In this document: in pieces, positions 13,713 through 26,545 of the stretch
Layout: each line of letters begins with the position of its first letter
Numbering within the stretch: the first letter of the stretch is position 1
Assembly: GCA_040954595.2 (NCBI GenBank)
Contig: CM082579.2
Coordinates: 1,191,908-1,255,907 of the forward strand
Length of the DNA stretch: 64,000 nucleotides
Reading direction: 5' to 3'
DNA from: Balanoglossus misakiensis
Lineage: Eukaryota > Animalia > Hemichordata
Translations under genes and position numbers: made by a program
The notes under the pieces: model-generated
What the model was told of the DNA's origin: nothing
The model's input: only the letters and a program-made list of their open reading frames with translations
The model's database searches: none

Positions 13713-14909
13713 CTAGAAGGTAAATAAAACATTTTGTATGAGTAAATTACGGCATGCGCAATGCGAAATGTTGTATAATAGACACAAGCTAATTTGTATA
13801 CTTTTTCCCGATTTTAGAAAAAGAATTATGCCAACTTCTGCAAACTCTTCCAAAGTTGTGTTCTAGAAGCAGCTCGTCCAAGCTACTTTACCTCCAAGCG
13901 TTTGATTCTCTCAGACGCAGATCTATATCATGGCAACAAAGCTAAAAATGACACATGCAATTACATAATGATAACACATGTTTGGGCAACGGGTATGTCC
14001 CATTCAAAACGCCTACATTCTTATGGTAATGAAAGTTTAAATCGATAATACTCACGTGTACCTGTAAGTGAAAACCCTCCAATCTTCTCCGAAGGGCAGC
14101 TCGCTGGAAACTTACACGGGAAAGTTGTAAGGTTGTCTTCAAAAGACAGTAAATATGCAAAGGCGCACATCCACATACGTAACAATGTAAACGGTAGAAG
14201 CGGAAATAACCTGTCTCTGGTGTCAAGTGTTGTAAATCTAACCTGAGAAGTTGTCTTGAACAAACGACCATAGACGAGTATCCAATCTGGCGTTTCTTGG
14301 CTCTGCCAAACAGGCAGCGTAGAATAATGCATTAAAATTGAGTACCAAAGGCCTGATAACCCGCCGAGATGATGTACGGTGACCTGGCGTTCCTTTGATG
14401 CAAGTCACAGACAGGGGGTGTCACTCTGCCGTGGTTATACTATAGTCAACAGCGTGTTCTGCATGGCTAATGACCTAGTAGAATCGGCCAATCAGAGGCA
14501 CAGCTTCTTGGGGTCATCGGGTTATGCAACAAGTCACCATCTTTACTTACGTTTGTAATTTATAACCCACTGATTAGGCAAAAAAATAATATAATCAAAC
14601 TGAAAATTGTAGCAACGTTTTACTTGCATAAATATTTACTTAGGTAACAGGCTAATTTATGCACACCAACTGACGATTCCATCAAACAATACCTACAATA
14701 TCACGCTGTCTTGAAACCCCAAAACACATACCTTTCTACAATTTACATCATAACGCAATGAGCCTAGGTACATGTATTACTAAAGCCTAATTCCGTCTGT
14801 CTACATTGAAATAAAATCGACTGAAAAAGTAACGGCCATTCCGTGTAAATTTAATACAGTGCCTGGATACAACTACATACAGCACGTTGGTTTCCAACCG
14901 ACTTGATAT

Positions 14910-17735
14910 TTATTGTCGCATGCATATGTCGGCTGGCTGCTCGTCGACATCCGTGTGATGGAAATCGTCGTTGCCCGAGTGGAAACTGTTCCATGCAAGA
15001 ACGGCCCCTTCTGTGGTGTACCGTCCACACTGTCTGGACATGTAATACATTTGGTGCCAATCCCTCCCCAAATCTACTGGCCACATGTGAAAGCCGTACA
15101 CATCTCCTAAGAAAATATTTCTACCCTCTTTTAAGGGGCTGAATCCTAATCTAACCGTTCCACGGCCGTTGAGATGGACTTCCCGATCGTAGATACTTCT
15201 TGTTATTTGGATGCCGTCCCTGAATATCTGAAAGGTAGCCTGGTTCGATATTGTTGCCGCCAGGCACAGATGATGCCATAACCCGTCGTTGACACGACCT
15301 GACCCGGAACCAATTCTGGAGTAGCCTCGGTGTTCTTGTCCGTCATATGTCGTCACTTGAAGACGACTGTGGTCGATGTAAATACTCTGTATGTCATCGT
15401 CATCACCATAAGAGGCTTCGAACTCAAATATCGTTGTGACACTGTTGTATGTCGTGGACGTCCTCGTCCACAGGCAAAATGTTACTTCTGACAAACTTCT
15501 CGACACACCGGCTTGTTCAAGCCAAAGCCTAGAAGATCTTCCAAGCACATATTTTGTTGAGGTTTGGTCTGAAAAATAGAATAGAATGCAGGAAGTGATA
15601 ATGGCAACACGCCTTCAACTAATAAAACGTAAAACTTTCGGGTAGAGGATCTAGTCAACTAGAAGAAAAGGTGTTTTCAAAATGGACACAACTTGAGACA
15701 GCCAACCAAGTTGACAAAAACTGGTGACGAGGTAGAAATATCTCTGTATTTTGTGTAATCCTTCCAGACGAACACGAACAGTTCTTTACTGTTAATTCCG
15801 TCCAAGACCTTACCTGCAGGACATTCGCCTTCAAGATCGGCACAGATGCATGACCCCTGAACGGTATCTACGTTTTCAAGACACGCACCCCCTGTCATGC
15901 AAGCTTCAAGGCGACATCCCGGACGACCTACAGGTTAGAAACAATAGTAAGCATACGTGTCAAGGTGTATGATGAAGGCGCGAATTTATATTTTATTACC
16001 AGCTTATTCACCCTTCGAATAAAATATGAAATATATAGACTACATGTATTATGTTTAAAATGTTTGTGTTCTTGCGTCATATTTTCTACTTACGACATAT
16101 ATCAGTCGCTTTCTTTTCTATATTTTCAGCCTCATAGGTTTCTTCTTGAATTATGACTGGCCATCTAAGAAGGGCTTCTTCTGCGTCATATCCGCTACAG
16201 CTTTCCATCATTCCTGTGATTGTTTGTTCGTCCAGTTTGATGCTGTACATGTGAAACTGGCTCATCTCGCCGACAAAACGATGGCTATTCCTGGCAGTGG
16301 GCGGGGCGTGCCCGAGGTAGACCACTCCGCCGCCAAGCATGTGTTCAAAATGGCCGTCGCCCAGAATGATACCAGTGCCATCGACGTAAAGCCAGCGACG
16401 ACCGGTGCCGATCCTGCCAACCCAAGCCACACACACGTGATGCCAGAGGCCGTCAGTCGGGATCCGACCCTGCAGGGCACCCCCTCCCGCTCCCCGCTCG
16501 TAGTATTGCCAAACATAATCCAAGAAGAGTGACAGAGCATGCGCCAGTTTGTTTGACGTTGGCACCGAAGTCGCCGCTTCGTAGTGCGCCAGCGCAGTGT
16601 ATCTGTCGTAGTTGACATCCGGTCTGGTTTTTATCCACAGGCAAAAAGTGAGCTCCGACAGTCGAGGATCCGTGCTGTCACTGTAGCTATCGATTGTTAC
16701 TGAGGAGCTGCCATTAAATATGAACTTTGGATCTGAAAGATTGAAATTAGCATTACATGAAATTTACTATTTCCGTTGATATCTAGAGGATTTCCTTTTA
16801 GTCACCGAGGTATTCGAGAATCTAGATTATAATTCTCGGGTTAAGATCTTTTCGACAGAAAATGAATTCGACTGATTTCTTAAGTGCGCCACGAGCGGCG
16901 TAGCTGTGAACAAACATTATCTGAATTAGAAGTATCTCTACCTCGCTCGGTTGCATGGACCTTGCCAAAGTGCATGGCTGTTGTCGGCGATCGTACTAAC
17001 CCCGTCATGGCATTATAAATCAGCCACAATGTCCATCATATCTCCTGCAGTGATTCGTGTTACGGTTTACCCTGAGGCTTATCACCTTGACCAAAAACTT
17101 GATAGCATTACTTGTTTGGTCAGATCAGACACTTATGGTCTTTTCCAAGAAAGGGATATTATTACTCCCCAATATTCGGTCTCGAAGATGTTTCAAATTG
17201 ATTTTGACTTCTTATGGGTGTGATTAGTGATGGCATGTCACATTAAGATGACATTACACTTTTGGTGTAATATCAGTTATCGAGCGTCTGTGACTGAGAT
17301 ATACGTAACATGCAAAACTATACCATGTATATCTTCTTGTTCTTCTGCTTGGCAGTCATTGACCTCTGAGCGCAATCTTCCCACTTCCTGTTCTGCTATG
17401 TTTTTCTGATATTCCAGATCGTCTATTCGTTGAAGTAAATCCAAGATGACACTCTTCAGCGTTTCCGCTTTCGCTCGTTCTTCTTGTAACTGTTGTCTCC
17501 AATCCCATTCTTCTCCGTCGCCATTAGAGCCGCAGATACTTGGCAAAACTTGGTCAATCGGCAAACATCGCCGGTCGTCCGGAGGGGACAGCAACAGAGT
17601 GTATGAGCAGCGATTTTCCCGCGCACAGAACCCATAGCCAGGAGAGCATGAGTAACCACCGCTGTTGTCCTGACACAGTGTTAATCGCAGCAAACACATC
17701 ATGCCAGCAAGTAGTATGTACAAGTAATACGCCAT
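14910..17735 (-). CDS. Secreted protein (~607 aa): signal peptide, Cys motif and coiled coil, pentraxin/LamG-like, EGF-like, pentraxin/LamG-like
   Basis: Exons 17735-17324, 16732-16094, 15927-15814 and 15568-14910, all phase 1. Pentraxin motifs LTFCLWIK...WHHVCVAW...FVGEMSQFHMY and VTFCLWTR...WHHLCLAA...FLGDVYGFHMW. The third exon is a 6-Cys EGF-like module. Confidence 0.88.
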
Positions 17736-17887
17736 CTCCGTTGATTGTCAGTTCCCGCGGTGTATTAGCAGTGAAACGCCTCTTGGAACGGCAAAGTTTA
17801 GCAAGTCGATGTCAGCGGTTGTTACAGATGCGATGTCCAGTAACAGATATGTTCATATCGGATTCCTGCCCTTCTATCCGCGTCATC

Positions 17888-17895
17888 TGACGTCA
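17888..17895. promoter_or_regulatory. Perfect CRE/ATF site upstream of the pentraxin gene
   Basis: TGACGTCA within the palindrome TCTGACGTCAGA, ~150 bp upstream of the ATG. Confidence 0.45.
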
Positions 17896-18468
17896 GAGAT
17901 ATCGGCCGAGAGAAAATAAACAACTGCCAGTCGAATATGTTTACATACAATCGGTACACTAACTGAGCGGAAAGTATGAAAAGAATACTTCCTAGCTTAG
18001 TTGTCAAATTTTAGATGCCATTGCTGTCTGTTTGTGTAAATGCTGTTTTATTAATCTTATGCCAGGCTAAGGATTTCTCTCCATGCATCATTTCTCACCC
18101 AATTCAGCAATTCTTTTTTTTTCTTTTTTTAAAGACTGGTAGTAGCAATCACAAGCCCTGTCTGTTACGGTAAATTTGAAAATGAAAAATCATACCAGTG
18201 TTTGATAAAAGCAATATTCAACATGATGACTTTTTACTCTGAAGTGATACAATCTGCCACATTAGTAACTATGACTACTCGCTTATCCATTAATATCGTC
18301 ACTTTGAAAATAGTAACAGTTCTAATGTTATTGAGACTATTTTGTTGATGTGAGCAATTATGACTCGCTATCTCGCACGCACACACGCATACGCACACGC
18401 ATTCACTAGTCAAAATACTACATTCCATGAAACTTTAGATATAAAACATAATTACTCAATTGAGAAAT

Positions 18469-21400
18469 CTAAACAAACATTTCTAGTGCTTCATTATCTG
18501 TACCAAGTGGATGCAGCTTGATATCGTTCTTTTCTCCTTGTGTTAAATCACAAAAGAATCCCTGTGAAAGAAAGTGTAATAGAGTGTAATTTTGTTTTAT
18601 AAAAGGTAACAGCTTGTACAAACAATTATGTAAACAGTAATGAGATATCAGATGGGCGTGTACTCACCTTTCTTTGATGTCTCAGAGTTGTCAGATGGTT
18701 GACCAGATTGTTTGCTGTTGGTCTTCTGGATTGATCACTTTTCCAACAGCTTTTCATAACTTCATATCTGCAGTTCACACAAAAAAAGTTTGTAAAGAAA
18801 CTACCACCACCACCACCGACGCCGCCGTCACCACCATCGTCATCATCCCACACGATTTCTATACATGTAATAAGGAGCGCCTAAACGGTGATGGTGTGAT
18901 CAGTGATGTTTCAAAACAGATAAATATATAACAACTTCACCATTCACACCACATTCCCATCATTTTCATTCACTTACAATTCTTTTGGGCAGCCAGTACA
19001 TCTTTGGAGTCTTGTGTCACATTTTATCATCTTGAGAACGTCGTAGTTTTTCACCCCTTCATAAGGGCAACGTCCTGAAAATGGAATCCGACATCACACA
19101 ACTATTAATGAAGGTAAATCGAAGACATGTTTTACCACTGCCATAATAAATAGGCTCAGAAAGTTTTTACCACTTAAAGTTGAGATATAATTGAATACTT
19201 CAAACTTACCAAGTGAACTGATTTCCCAGAGTAACACACCGAATGACCATCTGTTTGAAGAGGAAAAGAAATAGCATCGGTATTATGCCTTTGTATTCTA
19301 TGTCAGTCACTGTGCTTCTACTGTTAATGCCCCCATGAAACGTTGGTACTATAGTGTGATTTTATTTTCAAACTAAATTAGTGGTAAATTTGATTAAATA
19401 CATGGAGCTGTATCATTGGGCCTTGCAATTGCTCTCATGTCTCATTCTGCCACAGCATTGTGAATTAATTCGAATGCAATTCTTACATGTCACTTTTCTC
19501 AGAGTATTCAAAGTAGCCCTCTAGCGTCTCAGGGGCCATCCATCGAAGAGGAAGTTTTGCGTCATCATTCTCGCTGATCTTCTTCTTGTAGATGTAGGTA
19601 TAAATGTCTCTCGACAAACCAAAGTCACACAACTTTCCAATGCCTTTGCCATAAATGACCACATTGCGAGCTGCAATGTCCCTATGGATGACCTGTTATA
19701 AAATGAGGTCAAAGATTTGAAAAAAAATGGTAAGCAGAAAGGGCAACGATTTGAATCACAGCAGCTGATATGACACACAAGCGAAACAAATGTCAATAGT
19801 GAGCTTACATGTTTCTCATGCAGAAAGTTCATCCCTTTGCAAGCATCTATGGCCCAGTTAGTAAGGTAAGCGCCCACTTTCAGCAACGAGTCGTCCAAAG
19901 AAAAACAGTTGGATTTCTGGGCATGCTCTGACTTTAAACGGCGTAGGTAGTCGTAGAGGTCGCCATTCTCTGCGTATTCAAGTACCAGCTTTATTGGCCC
20001 TGTAAAGAAGGAAGCGTAACGTAACGTGCAGTCTTTTAAACGCCTTTCTACACGAGTACACCATGCACAAGTGTTGGTAATGTATGTTTACTCGTGTTGA
20101 GCTGAGTAATTTTGTGGGAGGGGACGACTGTTGGCCCTGCAAAAAACAAACTCTCATAGACGTAAAAGACATTTTGGTTGATTAGGAATCTCACCATCAT
20201 CGACGACAATTCCATGGATGTTCACGATATTCTCATGTCTTCCCAGCTTTAACTGATTGTATGCTTCGTACAGCAATGCCTTCTCGTCCCTCTTAGTCAT
20301 ATTACCTTGAAAAAGACACAATATTTAGCACTGTTATAGTGTGGTTATGAAAAATATAATAATCAGAAAGATATTAGGAGGTGAAAAAGATAGATTTTAG
20401 TTAATATTGGAAGAACGCTAGATCGGCAATAGTGTGTGCCAACGACAGTCACCGGGAAATAGAAGGCCAATAGTCTGGTGCAACAAAATATGGCGGAAAT
20501 TACCTTGATTGATTTTCACAGCTACTGTAATTTCAGAAACACCCTGCTTGCGATATTTGGCCTTGTGAACAATTCCAAATCCTCCTTGTCCAATAATGAC
20601 ACTCAGATTGATCTCAGAACCTTTAATGAGCCATTTACTCAGGTTGTTTACCATGCAGCCTTCTTCACCAACAGTGGAACTCTCTGCCTTAGCCAATTCC
20701 TGTTGTCAAAATTCATATCATTATTGTTGTTGTTGTTGTCGTCCTCCGTATACATTTGGAACTCGTGAAGGAATACAATCACCTCTAAAAGTTTTCGAAT
20801 GACCATTTGTTGGCTCACAATGTCGCGTCGCCATTCACTGAAAATCTGAATAATTTTATCCCTGAAAGATTAGTGAAGTGTCAGTCATATGATTTCACCC
20901 CTGATCTTCCATTCATTAGCCTTGCCCAGGTAATTTGAGGAGTCCGCTTGTATAAATCATGCTCTAAACAGAATACAGACTTACCAGCAGTAACCCAAGC
21001 CTGTAAGCCGCAGATTTCTTATTTCTCATTTGGGAAACCATGGTCTTGACAATGAAAAGTCCCAATGTTAATATGATGAAGCATATAGCAACAAACAATC
21101 CAATCCCTATGACTATGCCATTGGTGTCAGTTTTAGGTCGTCTATGAACATTGGCTGGTTCTGTAAAGATTATAGTAAAAAATTCAGCTACATCTATTTA
21201 TTGCATCTCTTCGACAAATTCAAATACATGTAAATGTAAATCCACATTGCTCTGAAGCACAAAGTTCGGCCATAATTACCTTCACAGTGTGCGCCCTCCC
21301 ATCCTTCTGCGCATGTACAGTTTCCAGTCACGTGATCACAAGTTCCTCTCTCGCATCGGCAGCGTCCGGTACAATTTAATCCGTATAAATTTTGTGCGCA

Positions 21401-24400
21401 ACCTGCAAACGATTAGTGACTAACACAGTCACGGTGACGAGTTTCAGACTCAAAAGGTCATAGAAAGTCAAATGCAAATGCAAATGCATGTACATAAAAC
21501 GAAAAACATATCAGATACATTGTTTGTCGAAATTCATGAGGGTACATTCTCTCAACAAGATGGCCGACTACCATGACATACCTTGATCACAGTGAACTCC
21601 TGTCCAACCTGGTTTACATTGACAACCAGTGTATTGGAAACAGCTGCTTGCATGGAGACAGTCGCATCGTTTTTCACACATTTCCCCCCATTTATTGACT
21701 TGACAACCTGTTGTATGATTGAAAGTATTGTCAAACCATTAACACATATCTAGGGCAAGGCGTCAAAATGTAGACATAAAGCTCTTGACCGTTATCATCG
21801 TAATCATACTCCAACTGTATTTCACAAAAGCTGTCGATTGCAGGACAGACGTTAAACGTTTATCTGGGAAAGCGCAGTCCCTACCTGCTATCTTCACTTC
21901 TGTAAATTCAGAATAAGTGTTTCCATATTCATCACGAACTCTACATTCATATGTTCCAGAGTTCCCCGGGAACAGTGTAAAATACTCGCCACCTAAGGAT
22001 CTGTAACTGGTGAAGTAACAAAATGTGAGAACATTCTAGTGATAGGCTGGATACTGGGCATTTAATTATGGTTGAGGGATCGATGTGAACAAGAAACTGC
22101 AGTAGATACGCAAAACAAAAATAATGAAAACATAGCAAGAAGTTGACGTACCCATAATAGCCTGTTACAACAGCCTTTTGTACAGGCACAGTGTTTTCCT
22201 TATTAGGCTGTAGCACGCCATCTTTGTACCATTGGATAAGTTTAACTTTGATTTGAAATGACCGACAGGTCATGTAGAAAACATCGCCAATATTTGTAGA
22301 TGAGTTTTTCGGTGAAACTTCTACAGTTGGATTCGCTACAAGAAATGATAAGTAATATCAGAACACAGGTGCCAACTCTAATGTAACAACAAAGACTGTT
22401 CAATAATTAGCAACATTTCTACCTGCATTTGTATGTCACTGTATTTGTCCATAGTATGTAATGTTTAGTGAACAGAGGCAGTGCATCACTAGTTCACCTA
22501 AGACAGCAATGGTTTTCCACGTGTATTCACACACACTATACAAAATGCACGGATTCTTTACTTACGGATGTCGCATGCAACTCCTTTCCATCCTGGTTGA
22601 CATTTGCACGCTCCGTTAAAGATGTGGCACGCAGCGTCGTTTTGACATATACAGTCGAACTGGCAATATCCTCCATACTTGCCAACCGGACAGCCTGAAA
22701 GTTCATTTTGAAAAAAATGATGGCGAAATAAACGGTGTTTTGTCTTGACAATTAGAATTATGTTGATATAGGAAAATATTGAACATACGTACCAAGTACT
22801 TTCATTTGAAATGTTATCGAAAATTCGATCGGGTCTGCACTACACTCAATTTCAGACGTTTCGGTGGTGTGAAACATATCGTAGGGAATGGTCAACTGAA
22901 ATATATTGGGGAGGCGTTCGACGGCAACTGGATTAGAAAATGCAGAAATCCTTCGCAAAACGTCTTCTGGTACTTCCTTGAGGCTCTGTAAAGATATAGT
23001 CGGATTTTTATAACATGTTTATAGTCTTGAGTGTATCCTACATTGAACTTTTGACGTCGACCATAAAGTAGAATCAGGGTAGAAGCTTGTGATTGGAAAG
23101 TCTTATATACCTTCAATACTTTGCAATCTATATCTGTTGGTGCCCATAATGTCCCCACTTTATTCGTGCTTGGGTTTATTTCTCCGCAGTGAATTCTTTC
23201 CAAGCTGTTACAACCTGTGATGCCATTTCTATCGTATACCATTTGCGTTCTCCCCAAGTACACGGTCAAATCACCTACATGGAATAAATGTGAAGGCTTC
23301 ATTAACCAGACAGTGGTAACACCCTTCTTTTAAAATTACATTTCTTCGAGAGAACAAAGAAGAAACATATGATACGAAAATACTTTAGGAAGTATAACTT
23401 TCAGTCGTCATTTTTGCATTGTTTGTGTTGAAATAGAAAAAAGAATATGTCTGTAGTGTGTAGACTTTGGCCGAAATCGCTATTTAAATTACACTCCTAA
23501 AACTTACATCTGTCGTTTTGTAGATCCAGAAAAGTTAATGCAAAATTACTGCCGAAGGAAGCCGGGTAAGAGTAAATATAGTTCCTGTTGTCTCTACCTT
23601 TACTGTATATAGTAACCGGTATTGGCTGAAAGAATAGATACAATCAGTGAGTGAACTTTCACGAATGCAATTAATTAATCATTCACCATCTAAAACGAAA
23701 CTAATCTGCTGGGAAGATGGGGGTTAAGTCGGATTCTTGGCAATCCGTGTAAACTACAGTGTTTGAGGATTTTCATTTCCAGATAATCAGAAGCGAACCC
23801 AGAATGACCAGTGTTGCTGCAGAATTGGCGTGTGGCACGTGAAATAAATCTGTTTCTTTTCTGTTTCCACTTACATAATTGTCAGCCTTTCGCACAGGCC
23901 AAGCACATTTTTCGTTAAAGTATGGTGGCCAACCAGTGACGTCCTCCACAACAACTGTGACGTTATAGACATGACATGACGTCATATTGCCATCTGTAAC
24001 CTAGGTAAGATACAACACACCAACAATAGACGTCAGGCAAATTAATCTTGCTCTTAGAAATTTATATTCATGTTGGATACTTAATTTTTATACAAATCGT
24101 TCGAACTTGGTATCACGTCGAATGCCAATCAGTAACCACCTACCTCTTGTGTAGATAACAGTAAATGGTATCCCTTATCAACGTTGTAGTCGAGATATTT
24201 AGCCAAATATATTGTAGCATTATTAGCATCAAATCCAAACCTCTCATTCTGCATAGGTGTAAAAGTAAAGAAAAAGATTCTTAGTACAAACAACAGAATC
24301 AACTATTTTTAGCGCTGAATCGTCATCTGTGAGTGCGCCCCTTATGGTAAACAACACACCTTGTTTCCATTCGTCAAGAACAGATGTTTCTTCGATGTTT

Positions 24401-24777
24401 CTGTCTTCGGATCTTGAAATATGACGTAACCAATCGCTGCATTCTGTGATCAAAAATATATACCATATAAGGTACCGGATATTAATGATAATAAAAACCA
24501 AAACGTGTGATCCACTACCCACATGACCAAACAATCAAACATTTCTTTGGTTTCACTTCTGTTTCCTAGTTGATCCCTATGAAATCATAAACATACCTCC
24601 GGTATTATGACTGTATGCCGCGCAGTTAGCTCACATCCGGGGACGTTATTCAACATGGGCTGTGACGGTTTAGCGTTAAAATGGGGGAGATTTCGTATCT
24701 GTGACATATTGCCTGTGAATTGAAATTGTGAATACATGTAAATAAATATACGTATTTCAAATGCAAGAGCACGAATA

Positions 24778-24808
<31 letters not shown>

Positions 24809-24960
24809 TCTCTCTCTCTCTCTCTCATAGAGTAAGTACAAGTATACTTACTTGTCAGTGGTTCGTCAACATCAAGTGTAGACACGCTTGCAATGGCGAA
24901 ACAGCTTAATACAAGCAGAATAACTACTATATGGACACAGAGAATCGCCTCCCTTGTCAT
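18469..24960 (-). CDS. Receptor tyrosine kinase (~950 aa): signal peptide, cadherin-like, unassigned region, EGF, Ig, EGF, EGF, TM, tyrosine kinase
   Basis: Exons 24960-24852, 24443-~24300, 24248-24144, 24000-23875, 23625-23508, 23274-23111, 22985-22793, 22694-22566, 22335-22152, 22000-21885, 21707-21582, 21402-21280, 21160-20985 (TM), 20699-20504, 20305-20195, 19999-19809, 19692-19487, 19250-19210, 19074-18978, 18767-18668, 18561-18469. Kinase motifs [42 protein letters not shown]. The junction near 24250-24300 is uncertain. Confidence 0.9.
24778..24826. repeat. (CT/GA)n microsatellite in RTK intron 1
   Basis: About 24 dinucleotide units with one interruption. Confidence 0.95.
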
Positions 24961-25049
24961 CTTGTTTCAAGCTCTGGACACAAAATGAAAAGAAGGCTCG
25001 CCCCGGTATGTCTTAAATTACAGACTAACCTACTCCAATTTTAGAAAAC

Positions 25050-25059
25050 GGGAAGTCCC
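25050..25059 (-). promoter_or_regulatory. NF-kB consensus site upstream of the RTK
   Basis: GGGACTTCCC (matches GGGRNNYYCC), 90 bp upstream of the ATG. Confidence 0.45.
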
Positions 25060-26504
25060 TGTGACCGCCCCTTGAACTATTTGGACAGACTCAAGTCTCT
25101 GGATTATATATTATATATTCTTAGAATATTTCCTAGTTGGGAGAAAATGACGACTTGTGTACATGTTTTCATGAACCATTCGACTTGCAAATGGCAATGG
25201 TGCTTGCTGTGCGTTCTGTACACTAGGAATGTCAGGGATGTGCATGTGTTTTCTAGCAATTCTCGACGCAAGACGGTCACAGTTCTTGTTATATGCGTAA
25301 ATCCAAATCCTGGCAACAGGGTAACGCTCTTATGCCACTCTAAGCTTATCTGCAACGCCCTTTCTTTCCAAATCACGAAGTTCTACTATAACTGACAGGA
25401 CTACTATATATGAATACAATAATGCCATAAAAGTATAAAAGAATTTTTGCTTGAGTAGTTAAAGAATTTTAAGTCATGAAAATCAGCTTGTTCCGCCACT
25501 TCACACGACGCTGCAAGTGATTTTGTGATACTCGGGATATTTTATAAGTTTCCTGTAGACTTGATCCTCACCATGAACGGGATCAGGTCACATGAGCCAC
25601 ATCGCACCGACACCTGCCTCCTCGACCCCTGTATCCAACTGTCTTTAATTTATGGCTAACACTGGGAGACCAAGTTCTGAATGGGTAACAAATTGCACTA
25701 GGTAAATTTCGCACTTGATGAACTGACCTATAACCCACTGCCAACTTGTATCATTTCTCAATTTAATCGGGCTTTCATCTGAAAATGTGCGTTTAAAAGT
25801 AGTGTAGACGCGTTGTGGATGACGTTTCATCCATTGGAATAGGCCTCACGAGCGTTTTCACCAAAGTGTGCAGTATGCTGGGCAAACCACGTGACACCAT
25901 ATCAAAGCATGACGTTTCTTTGTGTTGACTGGGTAGAAGAATCACTAAGGACTACAATATTGTGTAAATTGAATACTGCCACCAGAGAGCAGGGAAGGAG
26001 TGGTCACGTGAGCTATGCTGACTGCGCTTTTTTTACTGTGCCTGCATGAATATATTACAACGGGCAAGAGTCCAAAAATTGAAGTGTTTGTGACTTTTAT
26101 CTGCAGTAGCTTATCTGGGTTTGTTTTTTGACAACTTCGACAACATACCAATCATACAGCCAGTTGTCGGGTTGTCGACATTCGGTGAATCCGCGGGATA
26201 TTTGACAAGCGCGATAAAATCGACCAATCGGATACCGCATACTACCGAGACTGCGCAAGTTCGATGGGGAACCCCCGCGTACCGAAACCACAACAGTACC
26301 AGCCGTGAAAACAGTATCTTGTTCGATACCGGTTCCTTAGACACCTAACATACTATTGTCTTTTCAGTGGCTTGTTCTAGAGAGTACGTCATTAACATTG
26401 ATTTCAGCTCATTAGGATTGGCTTCACACTGGTAGGTGCTACTGTTAGTAATCCTATTTTAATAAATTGTACAATAATGCTTAAGAATGCAATCTGTCCA
26501 CCTG

Positions 26505-26545
26505 TGAGTCACGTGACTCGTTGACATGCTTGGATAATATATAAA
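26505..26545 (+). promoter_or_regulatory. Core promoter of ATF3-like paralog B: overlapping AP-1/E-box palindrome plus TATA
   Basis: TGAGTCACGTGACTC at 26505-26519, TATATAAA at 26538, inverted CCAAT at 26417. Confidence 0.6.

Noticed and set aside
20700-20861. Possible extra RTK juxtamembrane exon from the acceptor at 20862
   Set aside because: Immediate stop in the required phase; the 20699 acceptor joins in frame.
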